Origin: Candidatus Brocadiia bacterium
GTDB lineage: Bacteria > Planctomycetota > Brocadiia > CAIUPP01
Length of the DNA stretch: 63,865 nucleotides
Direction of reading: 5' to 3'
NCBI GenBank assembly: GCA_050015075.1
Contig: JBEKCB010000030.1
Coordinates: 1 to 63,865 of the forward strand
Part shown: positions 60,729-63,865 of the stretch, one piece after another
Layout: each line of letters starts with the position of its first letter
Position numbering within the stretch: position 1 is the first letter of the stretch
The notes under the pieces: model-generated
What the model saw: the letters and a program-made list of their open reading frames with translations, nothing else
Database searches by the model: none
Told to the model about the DNA's origin: nothing
Program-made: the position numbers and the translations under genes

Positions 60729-63608
60729 CTAAGCGTCCGCGTTGATCCGTTTCAGGTACGTTACGGCCGGCTTCGTGTTCAGCTCTTCGAGCACGTGATA
60801 CCGCCGCGGGTCGCCGCGGGTCAGCCTGGACACCTCCGACTTCCGGTCCAGCAAATCCCCAAAGACGAACGCGCGCGTCGGGCACGACTGCGCGCAGGCC
60901 GGCCGAATCTCGCCATCGCGCACCTTGCGCCCCTCGCGCTTGGCCTGCAATTCGACCTCGCGGATCCGCTGGATGCAGAACGTGCATTTCTCCATCACGC
61001 CGCGCGAGCGAACGCTGACGTCCGGGTTGAGCTGCCACTCCAGCGGCTTCTCCCACTTCCAGTTGAGCCAGTTGAACCGCCGGACTTTGTACGGGCAGTT
61101 GTTCGAGCAATAGCGCGTGCCGATGCAGCGGTTGTATACTTGGGAATTGAGCCCTTCCTCGTTGTGGACGGAGGCGTACACCGGGCAGACCGGCTCGCAC
61201 GGCGCGGCGTCGCACTGCTGGCAGAGCAGCGGCAGGAATCCCAGCCGCCGGGGATTCTCGTCGTCGCGGTACGGGATGATGCGCAGCCAGGCCATCTGCC
61301 GGCCGCGGCGGACCTGTTCCTCGCCGACCACGGGCACGTTGTTCTCCGCGTAGCAGGCCACCGCGCATGCGCCGCAGCCGATGCACCGCGCCAAGTCAAT
61401 CGCCATCGCCCAGCGGTGCTCCTTGTATTCGTGCGGCGCGTAGACATCGCGTTGAGCGTCGTACCCTTCCGGCAGCGGCAGGGTCAGGTTTTCGCCGTCG
61501 CCCTCGCGCATCGTCCGCAGCTTGGAGAGCGCCGCCCATTGCATGATCTCGCGGCGCTGCTGATCCTCCGTCGCGCAAGCAAACGCGATTTCGGCTCGCC
61601 GGCCGGTCTTGCGAAGCCCCACGAACCCGGCTGCGTCGCCGCCGTTCAACAGAAACGGATTCGCGCCGCGCCCTTTCGCGTTTCGCCCCAGCGCCGTGTG
61701 GCCCTGTCCGAAAGCGATTGATACCGTATTCTCATCCACGTCCTCGGTGATCCGGACCGGCGCTTCGATGCTAGCGGTCTCGATACCCAGTTCGACGATA
61801 TCGCCGTTCGCAAGACCAAGCGCCAGCGCCTTCTTCGGATGCACGTCCACCCAGCTTGCCCAGACAATCGAAGTCGTCGGGTCTTGCGCCTCCTGAAGCC
61901 AGCCGCGATTGGACACGCGGCCGTCGTGCAACATGGGCGACGCCCATGTCCACAACCTGACCTGGGACGGAGATGATTGGAAAATTGAGAGGTCAGGCGA
62001 TCCTTTACCGGAGAAACTCTGACTCAGTTCCATGCGGAGGATGTCCGGCTTGCGCCACGTGCCGCCGGCGCGCAACGATTCGTTCCACGATCCGTCGCCC
62101 TGGAGCAACTCTCGCCATCGCTCATGGAGCCAGCCCTCGAACGCGGCGACCGGCTGCCCGCCTTCAGTCCGAGAGATTGACTTCCCGGCCCCGCCCGCCA
62201 ACGACAGCAGCACGTCGCCCGCCGGCCGGCTGTCGTGCAGCCGCTGAATCATCGGCTGAATCAATCCGTGGATTCCCGCCTGCGGCTCGTAATCTCCCCA
62301 CGATTCCAAAGGAGAATCAACCGGCAGCACCCACGAGGCCAACTCAGCGGTCTCGTCCGGCATCGTGCCCAGGTAAACCACTATGCCGGCGCGACGGATG
62401 TGTTCGCTGGCGCCGCTGAGACTATAGACCGGATTGCTATTGTGCACGATGAGCACGTCGTTGGCCGTGAGTTCGGAAACGAACTTGCGCGCTTGTTCGT
62501 TCGTCGCCGAGCGGCCGAGCGCGTGCGCGCGGGAGAAGTCCACCGTCTTGCCGATTCGGCCCGTCGCGCAGTTGAGCAGCGCAGCGGCGCGCGCAGTCTC
62601 CGTCGCCTGGGCGCCGGACGCGCCGACCGGCGCGGCCAGCGCAACACTGCCGTTCGCCTGAGCGAAAGTCCGCGCCAGTTCCCGGACGCGATCCATCGAG
62701 ACGCCGTCGGGCAGGCGCGGCTTCGGAAGTCCGTCCACGATCTTCCGAATCGCTGCCACGTCGCCTTGCGCCCGACCTTCGTCCAGCATGGCCTGCAGCA
62801 TCGCCAGCGCCACTTCATGCTCGGTTCCGGCCGGGACCATCAGGAAATCGTCCGCGTTCGCCGCCGTCATGGAGAATCGCGGCCCGATATAGGCCATCCG
62901 GCCGATTTTTCCGTCGCGCAGATTGTGCATCTGGGCGAACTGACGTGCGTATTCGACCGGCGAAATCCAGGTCTCCAGGAAATCAGCGCCGAAGCTGATA
63001 ATGAACTCACTGGATTCAAGGTCGTAGGATGGCACGATGGGAAGGCCGAACAGCGCGTCGTGCGCGGCGCGCAGGGGTTCGTAATTGAACGGCTCGTAGA
63101 AGAGCACGCGCGACGATCCGAACGCCGCGGCGAATCGCTCCATCAACTCCGCCAGAGCACCGGTCTGCAAGTCGCTGAGCACCGCGATTTTTCCACCGGC
63201 CTGTCTGAGCCACTCGCCGATTTCCGAACTCGCCGCATCCCAGCTTGAAGGTTCGAGGTGGCCGCGCCGGTCGCCGCGCATTACGCCCTTCAACCGGTCC
63301 GGATCGTACAAGCCCTGCACGCAGGACTGCCCGCGCGCGCAGAGTCCGCCGCGATTGATCGGATGGTCCGGATTGCCCTCGGCCTTGATCGGCCGGCCTT
63401 CGGTCACGCGCACGTGCATGCCGCAACCGGCGGGACATTCGCGGCAGGTGGTGGCGTAAACGGTCCAGGTGCCCGGGCGGATTTCATCAGGCGGGACGAC
63501 GTATGGGATGAGTTTGTCCGCGTCTTTCGTTCCGCGTTCCGACGCGGCCGCCACACTCGCCCCGGCGGCCAGCAAGAGGAACTCGCGCCGCGACATCTTC
63601 GGCATCAC
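60729..63608 (-). CDS. actB: ActB: Tat-exported molybdopterin-oxidoreductase-like domain fused to a polyferredoxin domain
   Basis: SRREFL Tat motif, GRPIKAEGNPDHP, LYDPDRL, WLQEAQDP, CIGCGACAVAC, CQQCDAAPCEPVCP, CIGTRYCSNNCP, CTFC...CAQSCP. Confidence 0.93.
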   Translation of the reverse strand: MMPKMSRREFLLLAAGASVAAASERGTKDADKLIPYVVPPDEIRPGTWTVYATTCRECPAGCGMHVRVTEGRPIKAEGNPDHPINRGGLCARGQSCVQGLYDPDRLKGVMRGDRRGHLEPSSWDAASSEIGEWLRQAGGKIAVLSDLQTGALAELMERFAAAFGSSRVLFYEPFNYEPLRAAHDALFGLPIVPSYDLESSEFIISFGADFLETWISPVEYARQFAQMHNLRDGKIGRMAYIGPRFSMTAANADDFLMVPAGTEHEVALAMLQAMLDEGRAQGDVAAIRKIVDGLPKPRLPDGVSMDRVRELARTFAQANGSVALAAPVGASGAQATETARAAALLNCATGRIGKTVDFSRAHALGRSATNEQARKFVSELTANDVLIVHNSNPVYSLSGASEHIRRAGIVVYLGTMPDETAELASWVLPVDSPLESWGDYEPQAGIHGLIQPMIQRLHDSRPAGDVLLSLAGGAGKSISRTEGGQPVAAFEGWLHERWRELLQGDGSWNESLRAGGTWRKPDILRMELSQSFSGKGSPDLSIFQSSPSQVRLWTWASPMLHDGRVSNRGWLQEAQDPTTSIVWASWVDVHPKKALALGLANGDIVELGIETASIEAPVRITEDVDENTVSIAFGQGHTALGRNAKGRGANPFLLNGGDAAGFVGLRKTGRRAEIAFACATEDQQRREIMQWAALSKLRTMREGDGENLTLPLPEGYDAQRDVYAPHEYKEHRWAMAIDLARCIGCGACAVACYAENNVPVVGEEQVRRGRQMAWLRIIPYRDDENPRRLGFLPLLCQQCDAAPCEPVCPVYASVHNEEGLNSQVYNRCIGTRYCSNNCPYKVRRFNWLNWKWEKPLEWQLNPDVSVRSRGVMEKCTFCIQRIREVELQAKREGRKVRDGEIRPACAQSCPTRAFVFGDLLDRKSEVSRLTRGDPRRYHVLEELNTKPAVTYLKRINADA

Positions 63609-63697
63609 GCGCTCCCGATTTGCCCTTGTGTCTCAGCTTCGACAAATCCGCGATGAAGGCTCTCGGCTGCGACGCCCCCCAAAACCCCGATGCCGCT

Positions 63698-63726
63698 ACC
63701 TTAGCGCGGCTCTGCGGCAGTGTCAA
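63698..63726 (-). promoter_or_regulatory. Sigma70 promoter of the act/cco operon
   Basis: Minus strand TTGACA-17 nt-TAAGGT, about 90 bp upstream of actB. Confidence 0.6.
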
Positions 63727-63742
63727 GTTGCGGCGGTTCGGC

Positions 63743-63865
63743 GGTAGTGTACCCTATCGTGTGTAAATTGTCGGGAGAAAGAAAAGGGCGTATCCTCCGG
63801 TTGGATTCAAGGACACTTTTGGGAGGACACGCCCGTGCAGCATGTGTTGAGAAAGACGCTGGAGG
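63743..63865 (+). mobile_element. Left end of a probable IS256-family insertion sequence (truncated by the window)
   Basis: GGTAGTGTACCCTATCGTGTGTAAATT resembles IS256-type terminal repeats (reverse complement ATTTACACA...TACACTACC). An RBS-sequestering hairpin GGGCGTATCCTCC...GGAGGACACGCCC precedes GTG at 63835. Confidence 0.6.

Noticed and set aside
60729-63608. Stand-alone molybdoenzyme (polysulfide, nitrate or formate reductase)
   Set aside because: Fusion to the ActB2-type ferredoxin domain (CIGTRYC) and the actC/D/F/A/E context indicate ACIII; Mo binding cannot be shown from the sequence.

Overview
High-GC bacterial chromosomal segment from a diderm organism. A Planctomycetota/PVC origin is plausible from gene content and order, but this is inference. 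There are four zones. (1) 1-10.3 kb is an accessory region downstream of tRNA-Leu(GAG). A ~9 kb integrase-free island bounded by ~100 bp direct repeats carries a two-partner secretion pair (FhaC/ShlB-type TpsB plus a 1716 aa FHA-type exoprotein with ~30 acidic, Thr-rich repeats) and an Ala-rich secreted protein. Outside the left repeat lie a frameshifted integrase-like remnant and an isolated comM/yifB fragment. (2) 10.4-46.6 kb is a core backbone: trxA, thiS-thiG, PilT + membrane-anchored GspE/PilB ATPase + CvpA, surA-like, mfd, CCA enzyme, purA, uppS, phoH, 7TM-HD, ybeY, CBS/CorC, recO, BamD-like, LptE-like, ftsH, folP, cdaA, YbbR-like, pdxJ, dapA, folE, a dif-like site, HNH, glmS, GlmU-like, aspartokinase and tRNA-Arg(TCT). 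(3) 46.6-50.2 kb encodes two secreted, probably carbohydrate-active proteins. (4) 50.4-63.9 kb is a respiratory cluster in which alternative complex III genes (actB, fused actC-actD, actF, actA ... actE) enclose a divergent cbb3-type oxidase module (ccoN, diheme ccoO, ccoS and two small unknown membrane proteins, with no ccoP). It converges on a DsbD_2-type protein and a CcoI-like Cu ATPase. An IS256-like end starts at the right edge. All calls come from visual motif recognition; no database search was run.
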